Assembly (NCBI GenBank): GCA_041653535.1
Contig: JBAZFH010000003.1
Location: 2,771 to 66,770 of the forward strand
Reading direction: 5' to 3'
Length of the DNA: 64,000 bases
From: Patescibacteria group bacterium
GTDB taxonomy: Bacteria; Patescibacteriota; Patescibacteriia; JACRDY01
Part shown: positions 52,982 to 64,000 of the stretch, in pieces
Layout of the letters: every line of letters starts with the position of its first letter
Position numbering within the stretch: the first letter of the stretch is position 1
Notes under the pieces: model-generated
Database searches by the model: none
The model's input: the letters and a program-made list of their open reading frames with translations, nothing else
Told to the model about the DNA's origin: nothing
Position numbers and translations under genes: made by a program

Positions 52982-53278
52982 ATGTATATATTTAGATCGG
53001 ATGGTAATTATGTAGGCTTTATTTACAACAATAATGTTTTTTCCCGTGACGGGGTTTATTTGGGGTGGGTGGAAAATAATTTAGTGTGGGACTATCAAGG
53101 GAATTTTAAAGGACAGATATTTAAAATAAACGGCAATGATTATATATTAAAAAACTCCTTCTCTATACCACCAATTCCAAGGATCCCCAAAGTTTCTCCC
53201 GTACCGCCCGTTCCTCCGGTGCCCCCAGTTAATATTTTACCCATATCGTTACCTATAGGGTTAGTTGATTCTTTCTAA
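52982..53278 (+). CDS. Small beta-repeat protein (4-fold beta-flower-like) with Pro-rich tail
   Basis: Repeats F.SDG.YVGF / FSRDG.YLGW / WDYQG.FKG, then PPIPRIPKVSPVPPVPPVPP. Confidence 0.7.
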   Translation: MYIFRSDGNYVGFIYNNNVFSRDGVYLGWVENNLVWDYQGNFKGQIFKINGNDYILKNSFSIPPIPRIPKVSPVPPVPPVPPVNILPISLPIGLVDSF

Positions 53279-53292
53279 TCTATAGTTTTATA

Positions 53293-53319
53293 AAAATATC
53301 GCCAACCTGGCGATTTTTT
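53293..53319 (+). terminator. Intrinsic terminator
   Basis: ATCGCCA-ACC-TGGCGAT followed by a T-run that overlaps TGTTATAAT of the next promoter. Confidence 0.75.
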
Positions 53320-53359
53320 GTTATAATAGTTATATTCTAAGAAATAAGATTTTTATTAT

Positions 53360-53869
53360 ATGAGAAAGTTTTTTGCCGTGTTTGGTGCGGTTTTTGTAAG
53401 TTTTTTGGTCGGGGCGAAGGCTTTGGCTGTCTGCCCTGTTTGTACCGTGACTGTTGGCGTTGGTATTGAGCTTTCGCGTTGGTGCGGAGTGGACGATAGT
53501 ATTATAGGACTGTGGGTTGGAGGATTGATCGTATCAATGATTTTTTGGACTATTGGTTGGCTGAATAGAAAAAATATTCGTTTTATCGGCAAAAAAATAA
53601 TCACGGTATTGTTTTATTATCTTATTATTGTTATCCCTCTCTACTACAAAGGTGTTTTTGACAAGCCGTGCAGCGATCTTTGGGGACTAAATAAAATGGT
53701 GGTTGGCATTACTCTTGGTAGTATTTTATTTTTTTCCGGAGTAATGCTTTATGAATATTTAAAGAAAAGAAACGGCGGCAAGGCTTATTTTCCTTTTCAG
53801 AAGGTAGTGATGCCGATTTTGCCGTTAATTATTTTGAGTGTGGTATTTTATTTTATAATTTCTAGATAA
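53360..53869 (+). CDS. Membrane protein with N-terminal CPVC motif
   Basis: Signal-like N-terminus (AKALA|VCPVC), about 4 TMs. Confidence 0.75.
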   Translation: MRKFFAVFGAVFVSFLVGAKALAVCPVCTVTVGVGIELSRWCGVDDSIIGLWVGGLIVSMIFWTIGWLNRKNIRFIGKKIITVLFYYLIIVIPLYYKGVFDKPCSDLWGLNKMVVGITLGSILFFSGVMLYEYLKKRNGGKAYFPFQKVVMPILPLIILSVVFYFIISR

Positions 53870-53873
53870 AAAT

Positions 53874-54419
53874 ATGATTGAGGGTCAAGAAAACAGTTTG
53901 GTAAAAAATCTGAACGAGTTAATCGAAAAAGTCGATACTATGAAAAAGAAAGACAAACTTGATTTGTCCTCGGATCAAGATTTGTCGATAGCGATTATGA
54001 ATTTGGTTAGTATTGAAGAGCATTTCTTTTTTACCGGCGCTAAATTGGGCAAGCCGGAGTATTTTGACTTGCTGCAAGAGGTCAGGCAGATGAGAGGTGA
54101 TTTGCTGCGCAAGATTGTCAAAAATCCCGAAGGCGAACAGTGGTGTATTTCCAAACATTTGCTCGCCGCTTCGATGCGTTTGATGGAAGTCGGTACTAAA
54201 CAGCACAAGATGGGTAATAAAGACGAAGCGCTGGAATTGTTTCAAAAAGCTTACGATTTGTATTCTCTTTTTTGGGGGATTAACATGAACGTGGTTAAGA
54301 CTGATGATTTACAGAAAATTGACGGCGAAGCTCTGGATAAGCACGATAAAGAACGTAAAGGTTTTATGGGTAAACTCGGCGAACTGGTAAAAAAAGCGAT
54401 CGATTGTTGTATCGAGTAG
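53874..54419 (+). CDS. Helical hypothetical protein with EEH, WCISKH and C-terminal CCIE
   Basis: Well-formed ORF 4 bp after the upstream gene. Confidence 0.75.
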   Translation: MIEGQENSLVKNLNELIEKVDTMKKKDKLDLSSDQDLSIAIMNLVSIEEHFFFTGAKLGKPEYFDLLQEVRQMRGDLLRKIVKNPEGEQWCISKHLLAASMRLMEVGTKQHKMGNKDEALELFQKAYDLYSLFWGINMNVVKTDDLQKIDGEALDKHDKERKGFMGKLGELVKKAIDCCIE

Positions 54420-54427
54420 TAATATCT

Positions 54428-54622
54428 ATGGTCGATGGAACTAATAGAAAAATTATAAAACCAGGAATAAAAGTTTTGATAGTACTTAAAGAAGATCAGC
54501 CAACGGGGAAATTGACTCTTGGCGTGGTTAAAGACATTTTAACTAGTAAAACCATTCATCCTCGAGGCATTAAAGTTCGTCTGACTAACGGTTTAGTGGG
54601 TAGGGTGCAGGAAATATTATAA
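54428..54622 (+). CDS. YwbE (DUF2196) family protein
   Basis: IVLKEDQPTGKLT.GVVKDILT...HPRGIKVRL..G.VGRVQ. Confidence 0.85.
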   Translation: MVDGTNRKIIKPGIKVLIVLKEDQPTGKLTLGVVKDILTSKTIHPRGIKVRLTNGLVGRVQEIL

Positions 54623-54626
54623 ACAT

Positions 54627-54884
54627 ATGGCGGTATTATTTAAAATTTGCGGCGTTATTGGTTTAGTAGGAATTATCATCGGTGTTTTGGTGAAAAATGA
54701 AAAAAGACAAGACTGGTTTTTTGTTTTTGGCGGAGCCTTTTTACTTGCTTATAGCGGTTATTTGCGTGATGTTATATTTATTGTTTTGCAGATTGTATTT
54801 ATTTTAGTGGCGCTGGCTGAGCTGGTAAAACTCAGCCGTCATCGTGGTATTTGGAAAAGAGTAAAAGACAAAGTAAGGAGCTGA
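54627..54884 (+). CDS. Small 3-TM membrane protein
   Basis: Three short hydrophobic helices; operonic. Confidence 0.65.
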   Translation: MAVLFKICGVIGLVGIIIGVLVKNEKRQDWFFVFGGAFLLAYSGYLRDVIFIVLQIVFILVALAELVKLSRHRGIWKRVKDKVRS

Positions 54885-54911
54885 GCTTTTTTGTTTTATA
54901 ACTTATAGTGT

Positions 54912-56276
54912 ATGAAGATATCTTTTTATGGTGCTTGCGGCGAGGTAACCGGCTCTTGCTATTTAGTGCAAACTGAGCAGAGCCGTTTTTTAGTTGATTG
55001 CGGGATGTTTCAAGGGGGTAAGTTTGCAGAAGACAAAAATTTTGAACCATTCGGCTTTGATCCCAAAAGCATTGATTTTGTCGTTTTGACGCATGTTCAT
55101 ATGGATCATATTGGTCGTCTGCCCCGGCTTTATAAAGAAGGTTTTCGCGGTAAGATTTATAGCACAGAGCCAACGGCTGATTTTGCCAGGATCATGCTGT
55201 TAGACTCGGCTAGGGTGATTTTTGAAGAAGCGCTTGCCAATAACGCCCTGCCTCTTTATTTAGATAAATATGTTAATGAGTTAATGAAGCAATTTGTCGC
55301 ATTGTCGTATCGTAAACAAGAAAATATTTCCGCGGATATTAAAATAACAATGCGTGATGCCGGTCATATTTTAGGATCGGCGATTGTTGAAATAGTTGTC
55401 GCTGATAAAGCTGGCGATAAAAAAATTGTTTTCTCTGGAGATTTGGGCAATCCGCCGGCGCCTTTAGTGGAAGATACGGAATTCATCTCTGGTGCTGATT
55501 ATGTGGTTATGGAGTCGACTTATGGCGGTATTATTCATGAACCGGCAGAAATGCGTATAAAAATGCTTCATAATGCGGTTGTTGAGTCTGTGGGTAAGGG
55601 TGGAGTGCTGATGATTCCCGCTTTTGCCCTGGAACGGACGCAGGAAGTCTTGTATGAAATGAATTATTTAGTGGAAAATAAAAAAGTTCCCCCAGTGTCT
55701 ATGTTTGTTGATAGTCCATTAGCTATTTCCGCGACGGATATCTATAAAAAATATGTCGCGATGTATGATAAAGAGTCGCGAGCGTTAATTGAGGCGGGGG
55801 ATGATTTATTTAATTTTCGCGGTCTGGTTTATACAAAAACCAGAGAGGAGTCAAAGAAAATCAACCAGATATTAGCGCCAAAAATAATATTGGCCGGCAG
55901 CGGCATGTGTACCGGTGGGCGAATAGTTTATCATTTGCAGCGCTATCTGGGAAGTCCGCAAAATCATCTTTTGATTATAGGCTATCAAGTAGAAGGGTCG
56001 CTGGGTCGCAAACTTTTAGATGGAGCTAAGGTGGTGGAAATAGGTACGGAAAAAATAGAAGTTAAGGCAAAAGTGTCGGCAATTGGTGCTTATTCTTCTC
56101 ATGCCGATCAGCCAAAATTATTACACTGGGTGAAAATGATGAGCGCGCCAAAACCCAAAAAGGTATTTGTTGTTCATGGCGAGGAAAAACGCAGATCAAT
56201 GCTTGTCGACGGGTTGAGGCAGAAACTGGGAATCGACGCGGTAATGCCAAGATACGGAGAGAGTTTTGATTTATAA
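54912..56276 (+). CDS. MBL-fold / beta-CASP ribonuclease (YSH1-like)
   Basis: GEVTGSC, DCGMFQG, THVHMDHIGR, AGHILGS, FSGDLG, MESTYG, YSSHAD, VHGE. Confidence 0.93.
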   Translation: MKISFYGACGEVTGSCYLVQTEQSRFLVDCGMFQGGKFAEDKNFEPFGFDPKSIDFVVLTHVHMDHIGRLPRLYKEGFRGKIYSTEPTADFARIMLLDSARVIFEEALANNALPLYLDKYVNELMKQFVALSYRKQENISADIKITMRDAGHILGSAIVEIVVADKAGDKKIVFSGDLGNPPAPLVEDTEFISGADYVVMESTYGGIIHEPAEMRIKMLHNAVVESVGKGGVLMIPAFALERTQEVLYEMNYLVENKKVPPVSMFVDSPLAISATDIYKKYVAMYDKESRALIEAGDDLFNFRGLVYTKTREESKKINQILAPKIILAGSGMCTGGRIVYHLQRYLGSPQNHLLIIGYQVEGSLGRKLLDGAKVVEIGTEKIEVKAKVSAIGAYSSHADQPKLLHWVKMMSAPKPKKVFVVHGEEKRRSMLVDGLRQKLGIDAVMPRYGESFDL

Positions 56277-56282
56277 TTTTTT

Positions 56283-57464
56283 ATGCGTCAAGCTTTTATC
56301 ATTCACTATAACGAGATTGCCCTCAAGGGCGGCAATCGTGATTATTTTGAAAAAAAATTAATTACTAATATCAAAAGGTCTTTAACCGAGGTCGGGGATG
56401 TTAAAATCAAAAAACTTTACGGTCGGATTTTGGTACTTTTTGGCGGTGAAATAAACGGAGAAGTTATTGCTCGAAAGTTATCTCAAATTTTTGGCATTGC
56501 CAATTACGGGTCAGTATTTATTTCCGATGTTAGTCTTAAACTGGGTAAAGACGTTATTGAGCCGTTAGCCAAAGAAATTATAATTTTAATCAAAGACAAG
56601 CAGTTTGAAAATTTTGCCGTAACGGTCAAACGAGGAGATAAAAAATTTCCTTTGCACTCGCCACAAGTCGAAAAAGAAATCGGCGGATATATTTATGAAC
56701 AAATGCAAAGAGAAAAAAGGGTTAAGCTTAAAAATCCCGAGTTAGAAATTTTTATTGAGATTGTTGAAAAAGATATTTTTATTTATTTTGATAAAATTTC
56801 CGGTGCTGGCGGATTGCCGGCTGGATCAAGCGGCAGAGGGCTGTGTTTGATATCTTCCGGGTTTGATTCTCCGGTCGCCGCTTACAAAATGGCTAGGCGC
56901 GGAGTGATTGTAGATTTTTTGCACTTTCACAGCTATCCCCATACCAGTCGCGCTTCTTTGGATAATGTTAAACGTATCGTCGAAGTTTTAAATAGTTATC
57001 AATATGACGGTCGGTTGTTTACCTCTGCTTTCGGTGATTTTCAGAAAAAAGTAGTGATGTCTGCGCCGGCTAAACTACGGGTAGTACTTTATCGTCGGAT
57101 GATGTTGCGAGTGGCGCAAGAACTTGCTCGTAAGCTAAAAATAAAAATATTAATTACCGGTGATAGTGTTGGTCAGGTGGCATCTCAGACGATAGATAAT
57201 ATTACGGCTGTTTCTGCTGCGGTTGATATGCCGATATTGCGACCACTCTGCGGAGACGATAAGCAAGATATCGTTAATTTGGCAGTCAAGATAGGCACTC
57301 ATGATATTTCCGCTCAGCCGTATGATGACTGCTGTTCGATGTTTGTACCGCCAAATCCCGAGACTCACGCGCGAATAGCAGAAGTTGAGGCGGCGGAAAA
57401 AGGGCTGGAGATAGAGAAATTAACAAAAGATATTGTCGATAATATCAAAGAAGAAAAAATATAA
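56283..57464 (+). CDS. thiI: tRNA 4-thiouridine synthase ThiI (THUMP + PP-loop, no rhodanese domain)
   Basis: YNEIALKGGNR..FE, GGLPAGS.G, SSGFDSPVA, GQVASQT, PYDDCC. Confidence 0.95.
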   Translation: MRQAFIIHYNEIALKGGNRDYFEKKLITNIKRSLTEVGDVKIKKLYGRILVLFGGEINGEVIARKLSQIFGIANYGSVFISDVSLKLGKDVIEPLAKEIIILIKDKQFENFAVTVKRGDKKFPLHSPQVEKEIGGYIYEQMQREKRVKLKNPELEIFIEIVEKDIFIYFDKISGAGGLPAGSSGRGLCLISSGFDSPVAAYKMARRGVIVDFLHFHSYPHTSRASLDNVKRIVEVLNSYQYDGRLFTSAFGDFQKKVVMSAPAKLRVVLYRRMMLRVAQELARKLKIKILITGDSVGQVASQTIDNITAVSAAVDMPILRPLCGDDKQDIVNLAVKIGTHDISAQPYDDCCSMFVPPNPETHARIAEVEAAEKGLEIEKLTKDIVDNIKEEKI

Positions 57465-57469
57465 AAATA

Positions 57470-57499
57470 AAAAAGGTAACGACGGCACGTTACCTTTTT
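57470..57499. terminator. Bidirectional intrinsic terminator
   Basis: AAAAAGGTAACG-ACGGCA-CGTTACCTTTTT. Confidence 0.9.
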
Positions 57500-57504
57500 G
57501 ATGT

Positions 57505-58191
57505 TTAGGCGGTGATTTTTTTGACGATGGTCGATCCTTCCTTAAGCGGAGTAAAATACAGAGCAATGTTCCAGCGACGGCAGTTTTCTGCTAGAGCATC
57601 AAATTGAACAGCGTCATGATGTCTGTCGTTGGTCCAAATACGGGTTTGCAAATCTTTATCCCATGCTTTTTCCACCAATCCAACTGCTGTTTTACTAAAT
57701 TTTGGCGTCAATGAAGTCCTGATTATCAAAAATAAAGCATTGGCATTAGCCAAGATTTTGAATTTAGGAAGTATCGGGGCGTCTTTGTCTAGCAGTTGGA
57801 TGATGTCTTGCGGGCTAAAAGGCTTGAAGTCCATATGGGTGTGAATATTTCCGATTGATTGACGTTTGTGGTTGTTCGCCTGTATTATTATTTCTTCAAT
57901 TACAGTTAGTCCCGACAGACTATCTTGATACCACGAAAGGGAAACTTCTCTTTCCGATCCCAGGGTGTCTTGATTGTCAATTAGTATTTTTCGTTGCAAA
58001 AAATTTCCACCGATATGTATTACCCTGCCTCTTTCGCGGTGGTCTGTTTTTTGTTGTCGCCAGGACATTTCTTGGGCAATTTGACCAATCAGACCAAGGT
58101 TGATTTGTCCGGGCAGCGTTTCAACGTTTTTGGGAATCTTTTTACCCCTTAGGTCTTTTAAAAATTTAATGAACTGTTCATATGACCACAT
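57505..58191 (-). CDS. JAB/MPN-like metalloenzyme domain protein
   Basis: ERG...IGNIHTHMDFKPFSPQD (E...HxH...SxxD); start MWSYEQF preceded by AAGGAGG. Confidence 0.65.
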   Translation of the reverse strand: MWSYEQFIKFLKDLRGKKIPKNVETLPGQINLGLIGQIAQEMSWRQQKTDHRERGRVIHIGGNFLQRKILIDNQDTLGSEREVSLSWYQDSLSGLTVIEEIIIQANNHKRQSIGNIHTHMDFKPFSPQDIIQLLDKDAPILPKFKILANANALFLIIRTSLTPKFSKTAVGLVEKAWDKDLQTRIWTNDRHHDAVQFDALAENCRRWNIALYFTPLKEGSTIVKKITA

Positions 58192-58233
58192 TACGTCCTC
58201 CTTGTAATGTTTTTGTTGATTTTTAAAGTTATC

Positions 58234-58270
58234 AAAAAAGACCGATTTGGTCAAATCGTCGGTCTTTTTT
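58234..58270 (-). terminator. Intrinsic terminator after gyrB
   Basis: AAAAAAGACCGA...TCGGTCTTTTTT. Confidence 0.8.
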
Positions 58271-58294
58271 TAGATAGGCAGATTTTTAATATTT

Positions 58295-60418
<2,124 letters not shown>

Positions 60419-60512
60419 TTATTAAAAATTACGTTATTATTTTAGCATAATTTTATCCTTTTTTCCACTTTTTATGGTGTTTTAATTTATCTAAATTTAG
60501 ACGAAAAAACAG

Positions 60513-60521
60513 TGTGGATAA
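60513..60521 (-). promoter_or_regulatory. Single perfect DnaA box upstream of gyrB
   Basis: TGTGGATAA is the reverse complement of TTATCCACA. Confidence 0.4.
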
Positions 60522-60721
60522 GATGGTATTAATAGTTGGTTAAACAATAGTCGTTTGCAGTGATTCAATTCAAGTGACAGACGGGGGTAAACAAACATTT
60601 TAACAAGTTAAGCACTTTACGGGAATAAAGTTTTATACTATATTTTAGTATTACCCATGTTGGGTAAACCCGGGCCTCGGGGAGGGGCAAAATTTCGGGC
60701 AACGAGCCTGAAAAAGGAGGA

Positions 60722-61672
60722 ATGATTATGGGTTCTTTAAAAAGAGTTAAAAGTTTTGATGATCTTACACACAAGCAATGGATTGCCTTGGGTACTAAGA
60801 TGGGTGGAGTGCAAAAAGTGATTGCCGTTCTTCAAGGTGATAAAAATGTTATTCTTGAAGATATTTGTGTGCTCGTGGATAAGAACGGTCGTTGCATTCC
60901 CCAGCGGGGAGTAGTAACCGCGAACGTCTGCGATCCGAGCGCTGATTATCGCTTTGAAGGTTTGACTGGCTATGTGAATTACGCAACTATTATTCTGATG
61001 TGGGAAGCGCTTTTTGAGCAGAAGGCTGGGATGACTCCGGTCGAGTTTGAACAACGCATTGAGGCAATCAAGCAGCGGGTTGCGACCTGGTCAATGGCGA
61101 GCAAACCGCAGATCGCGAATTTATTTGCCGGTCCGCACTTTCCAATAATTTTGCCGCAGTTGCCGGCTGGTGACCACGGCATTATCATCAGAAACCACAT
61201 TTTACCGGTAGTGGAGCGCGCGTATTTAATGGCGTTCCACAACGGAGAATTTACCAGTAACCGGCATGAAGACCTCGCGGAAAACACGAAGATCGTGGAC
61301 GAACGGCACGCGAAACTGGTCGCCGATTTGGAGCAAGGCCCGATCCCGGGCATCATGTGCTATCCGCTTCAGGGCTTCGATATTATTGCCCAGCAGCAGA
61401 TGGCAGCTTTAATGCCGGATTTTATTTCGTTGGCAGGCGCCATTGAGCCGGGTGTGACCCTGGCTCTGTATCCAAAGCTTCTGGCTGGAGCTAAAACGCC
61501 CAACCAGGATTGCTCCGCGATTAGATGGCAGCCTGGTTTATTAGATCCTTCAACGCTCTTATACATCAGTCGTAGCTATCCCGATGGTGACGATGAATGC
61601 TCTTTTGATGGTCCATACAATCTTAATGATGTTTATGGTCACCATTCAGGTGGGTTCTTCGTCCGTGGATAG
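60722..61672 (+). CDS. Hypothetical protein, visibly GC-richer than the host, with a C-terminus resembling C-type-lectin-fold variable regions
   Basis: Long ORF with AAAGGAGG directly upstream (start could be ATG 60728); own structured leader and terminator; ends ...YGHHSGGFFVRG*. Confidence 0.75.
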   Translation: MIMGSLKRVKSFDDLTHKQWIALGTKMGGVQKVIAVLQGDKNVILEDICVLVDKNGRCIPQRGVVTANVCDPSADYRFEGLTGYVNYATIILMWEALFEQKAGMTPVEFEQRIEAIKQRVATWSMASKPQIANLFAGPHFPIILPQLPAGDHGIIIRNHILPVVERAYLMAFHNGEFTSNRHEDLAENTKIVDERHAKLVADLEQGPIPGIMCYPLQGFDIIAQQQMAALMPDFISLAGAIEPGVTLALYPKLLAGAKTPNQDCSAIRWQPGLLDPSTLLYISRSYPDGDDECSFDGPYNLNDVYGHHSGGFFVRG

Positions 61673-61733
61673 TATTGGTTTTTGACTTTACGTTCGCCTG
61701 CTTGGTGAACGGTCGCCACAAAAACGGTAATTC

Positions 61734-61759
61734 GGGGGCGTATTCGTACGCTCCCTTTT
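61734..61759 (+). terminator. Intrinsic terminator
   Basis: GGGGGCGTA-TTCG-TACGCTCCC-TTTT. Confidence 0.85.
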
Positions 61760-61872
61760 CTTTTATAAAAAATTAATACACTTAAAATCGCCAGCAGATA
61801 AATTATAAGCGAATCAACCGCAATTTTAGCTTTAATAAATTTTATGTTATAATTTAGGTATTAATCTATTTT

Positions 61873-62769
61873 ATGAATATATCCAACCAGCAGATTAATG
61901 ATTTTACGGAAAAAGAGCTGAAAATAAGCTATTGGTATGTCGCTCATCAGGCGCAAATGTTGGCGATTGTTAAAATCCTCCTCATTGCTTTATGCGTTAT
62001 TTTTTGGGGTTATGTTTTTTATGGAACGATTAATTATTTTTTTATAGATCAAGTCAGGTTTGATCGGGCAATGTCGCAGCTGACTGCCGGTTACGGTACG
62101 GCGCGACTGCAGGATTTTTGGCGTCCCGTCCAACTAGAGTTGTCCGATATTAAAGTAATGTCGTCCGGCGCTAATCGTTATGATTTTCTTGTTTTTGCTT
62201 TTAACGCCAATAAAAATTGGGCGGTAGCATCAATAAAATATTATTTTACTTACAACGGACAGCAAGAGGCGGGGATAGAGCCGAAAATTTACGAAGCCTT
62301 TATTTTGCCCGGGCAGGAAAAATATTTATTTGATTTTGGAGTTGAGTTTTCCGCTCGTCCTACTAATGTTGGTTTTGAAGTAGTGAGTATTGGTTGGAAA
62401 CATATTTCCAATTTTGAACAGTTAGCTGCCGAAAAATCGTTGTTTACGGTAAGTGATATACAATTTGTTGAGCCGAGCAATACTGACTCCGGGATTAACA
62501 TATCAAAGACAAAATTTAAGGTACGCAATGACTCGGTTTTTAATTATTGGGAAATGGGTTTTTATATTTTACTTTATCGGGGCAGCGATTTGGCGGCGAT
62601 AAATTATGTTGTTTTGCCGGGTTTGGCGTCTGGCGAAAGTCGGGAGGCGGAAACCTTGTGGTATCAAAATTTATCCACTCCGTCGAAGACAGAGGTGATT
62701 CCAGATGTTGATATTTTAAATGAAAAAGTTTTTCGTCAAATAGAGGGCGGATCCGGCGAGAAAAAATAA
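61873..62769 (+). CDS. Membrane-anchored hypothetical protein with two beta-sandwich domains
   Basis: One TM, then two repeats of the 'N.N...V...Y.F...F.LPG..K' type; TGTTATAAT at 61845-61853. Confidence 0.7.
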   Translation: MNISNQQINDFTEKELKISYWYVAHQAQMLAIVKILLIALCVIFWGYVFYGTINYFFIDQVRFDRAMSQLTAGYGTARLQDFWRPVQLELSDIKVMSSGANRYDFLVFAFNANKNWAVASIKYYFTYNGQQEAGIEPKIYEAFILPGQEKYLFDFGVEFSARPTNVGFEVVSIGWKHISNFEQLAAEKSLFTVSDIQFVEPSNTDSGINISKTKFKVRNDSVFNYWEMGFYILLYRGSDLAAINYVVLPGLASGESREAETLWYQNLSTPSKTEVIPDVDILNEKVFRQIEGGSGEKK

Positions 62770-62772
62770 AAT

Positions 62773-63864
62773 ATGATTAATTTTTTTTCCAGACCCCGAG
62801 GTTTTGATTGGGTGCTTGCATTAAGCACTTTTTTGCTAATTTGTTTTGGCTTGGTGGCTATATACGGCGTAACTCTGGCGGGTGAAACGCCAAATTGGGA
62901 TTTACTGACTAAACAGCTCGTGGCTTTTGGATTAGGTTTGATTTTATTTTTCATTTTTTCCAGTATTGATTATCAGATCTTGAAGAGCTATGCCCGATAT
63001 TTTTATGTTTTTGGGCTGATATTAATGGCTGCCGTATTGCTTTTTGGTTCCACGATCCGCGGTACTAAAGGTTGGTTCTCTTTCGGAGTTTTAAATTTTC
63101 AGCCGGTGGAGCTGGTAAAAATAGCTGTAATTGTCATACTGGCTTATTATTTTTCTCACCGACCGCGACCGTTAAATCAATTTAAGTATTTTTTTGTCAG
63201 TGGTTTGATTGTTTTGGTACCATTTGTTCTGACTATGTTGCAGCCAGACTTTGGTTCGGCTTTAATTTTATTTTTTATTTGGTTAGGATTGATTTTTTTG
63301 ATCGGTCCGCGCAAATATCAATGGCTTATTTTTATTATCGGCGGGCTGTTAACATTTGTCGTTTTGTGGGATTTTGTTTTTTTAGATTATCAAAAAGACC
63401 GCCTGACTACTTTTCTCAATCCGGCGGCAGATCCTTTGGGGTCGGGCTACAACGTTACCCAGTCGATGATCGCCATCGGTTCCGGTGGTTGGACTGGTAT
63501 GGGAATTTCTTTTGGTTCTCAGTCGCAGCTGAAATTTTTGCCTGAGGCGCAAACCGATTTTGTCTTTGCGGTTATTGCCGAAGAACTGGGTTTACTAGGC
63601 GTGATATTTTTACTCACGATATTTTTATTTTTGTTTTATCGTTTGGGTCAGATCGCTAAAAAATGCCGTGACGATTTTGCTTTGTTTTTAATTTTGGGAA
63701 TCATGGTTTTACTTTTTATTCAAATGATCATGAATATTGGAATGAACCTGGGTATCGCGCCGGTTACCGGCGTTACGCTACCTTTGGTTAGCTACGGCGG
63801 CAGTTCTTTGATTTTTACTTTAATGTTGTTAGGGATAGCAGAAAGCGTGAAAATAAGAAGTTAG
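62773..63864 (+). CDS. rodA: Rod shape-determining SEDS protein RodA
   Basis: QPVELVK, QPDFGS, DYQKDRL.TFLNP..DPLGSGYNV.QS, FLPEAQTDF, LPLVSYGGSS. Confidence 0.93.
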   Translation: MINFFSRPRGFDWVLALSTFLLICFGLVAIYGVTLAGETPNWDLLTKQLVAFGLGLILFFIFSSIDYQILKSYARYFYVFGLILMAAVLLFGSTIRGTKGWFSFGVLNFQPVELVKIAVIVILAYYFSHRPRPLNQFKYFFVSGLIVLVPFVLTMLQPDFGSALILFFIWLGLIFLIGPRKYQWLIFIIGGLLTFVVLWDFVFLDYQKDRLTTFLNPAADPLGSGYNVTQSMIAIGSGGWTGMGISFGSQSQLKFLPEAQTDFVFAVIAEELGLLGVIFLLTIFLFLFYRLGQIAKKCRDDFALFLILGIMVLLFIQMIMNIGMNLGIAPVTGVTLPLVSYGGSSLIFTLMLLGIAESVKIRS

Positions 63865-63907
63865 GATAAGATGCTGAGGCTAAAAATAACAATTTAAAAA
63901 TTTTGGT

Positions 63908-63936
63908 TTGACTGTAAGGAACTAAAATGATATAAT
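63908..63936 (+). promoter_or_regulatory. Sigma70 promoter for the gene starting near 63967 (runs off the window)
   Basis: TTGACT-17 bp-TATAAT with TGn extension. Confidence 0.75.
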
Positions 63937-64000
63937 TAAAGTATAGAAAATAATTTATTTAGAGATATGTTACCAAATAATTCACATCGTCGGTTGCCGC

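Overview
Chromosomal window from an AT-rich, reduced-genome bacterium using genetic code 11. The gene content points to Patescibacteria/CPR, most like the ABY1 or Parcubacteria type; this is inferred from a T4SS-pilin-fused giant surface protein, TSP3-repeat anchors, a fragmented dcw cluster and mostly SD-less starts. Contents in order: a surface-protein operon with a ~3,500-aa Cys-rich adhesin; ybeY-ftsA-ftsZ; a GT-C / dTDP-rhamnose / lipid-modifying cluster; murA-ctpA-rplI-pyrG; rpmA; an Rrf2-controlled minimal Fe-S operon; mraY-murD-ftsW-murG; a P-type ATPase; ftsB-like, prsA, rlpA-like and ftsEX; thiI; gyrB; rodA; and four intact tRNAs (Lys-UUU, Thr-CGU, Gly-CCC, Gln-UUG). The most unusual signals are non-coding. 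(1) A complete tRNA-Thr(CGU) gene, flanked by imperfect inverted arms, sits exactly inside the anticodon (between nt 35 and 36) of a second, 76-nt CCA-ending tRNA-shaped gene at 49263-49448. (2) A small GIY-YIG nuclease gene lies between intact tRNA-Lys and a partial copy of it in which the anticodon arm and T-loop are replaced by foreign GC-rich hairpins. (3) Related short palindromes are nested in-frame in a protein C-terminus. (4) Period-7 stop-codon-rich repeats occur upstream of tRNA genes. Together these suggest a poorly described tRNA-targeting, palindrome-depositing mobile system. All functional links are inference; no database searches or folding computations were run.
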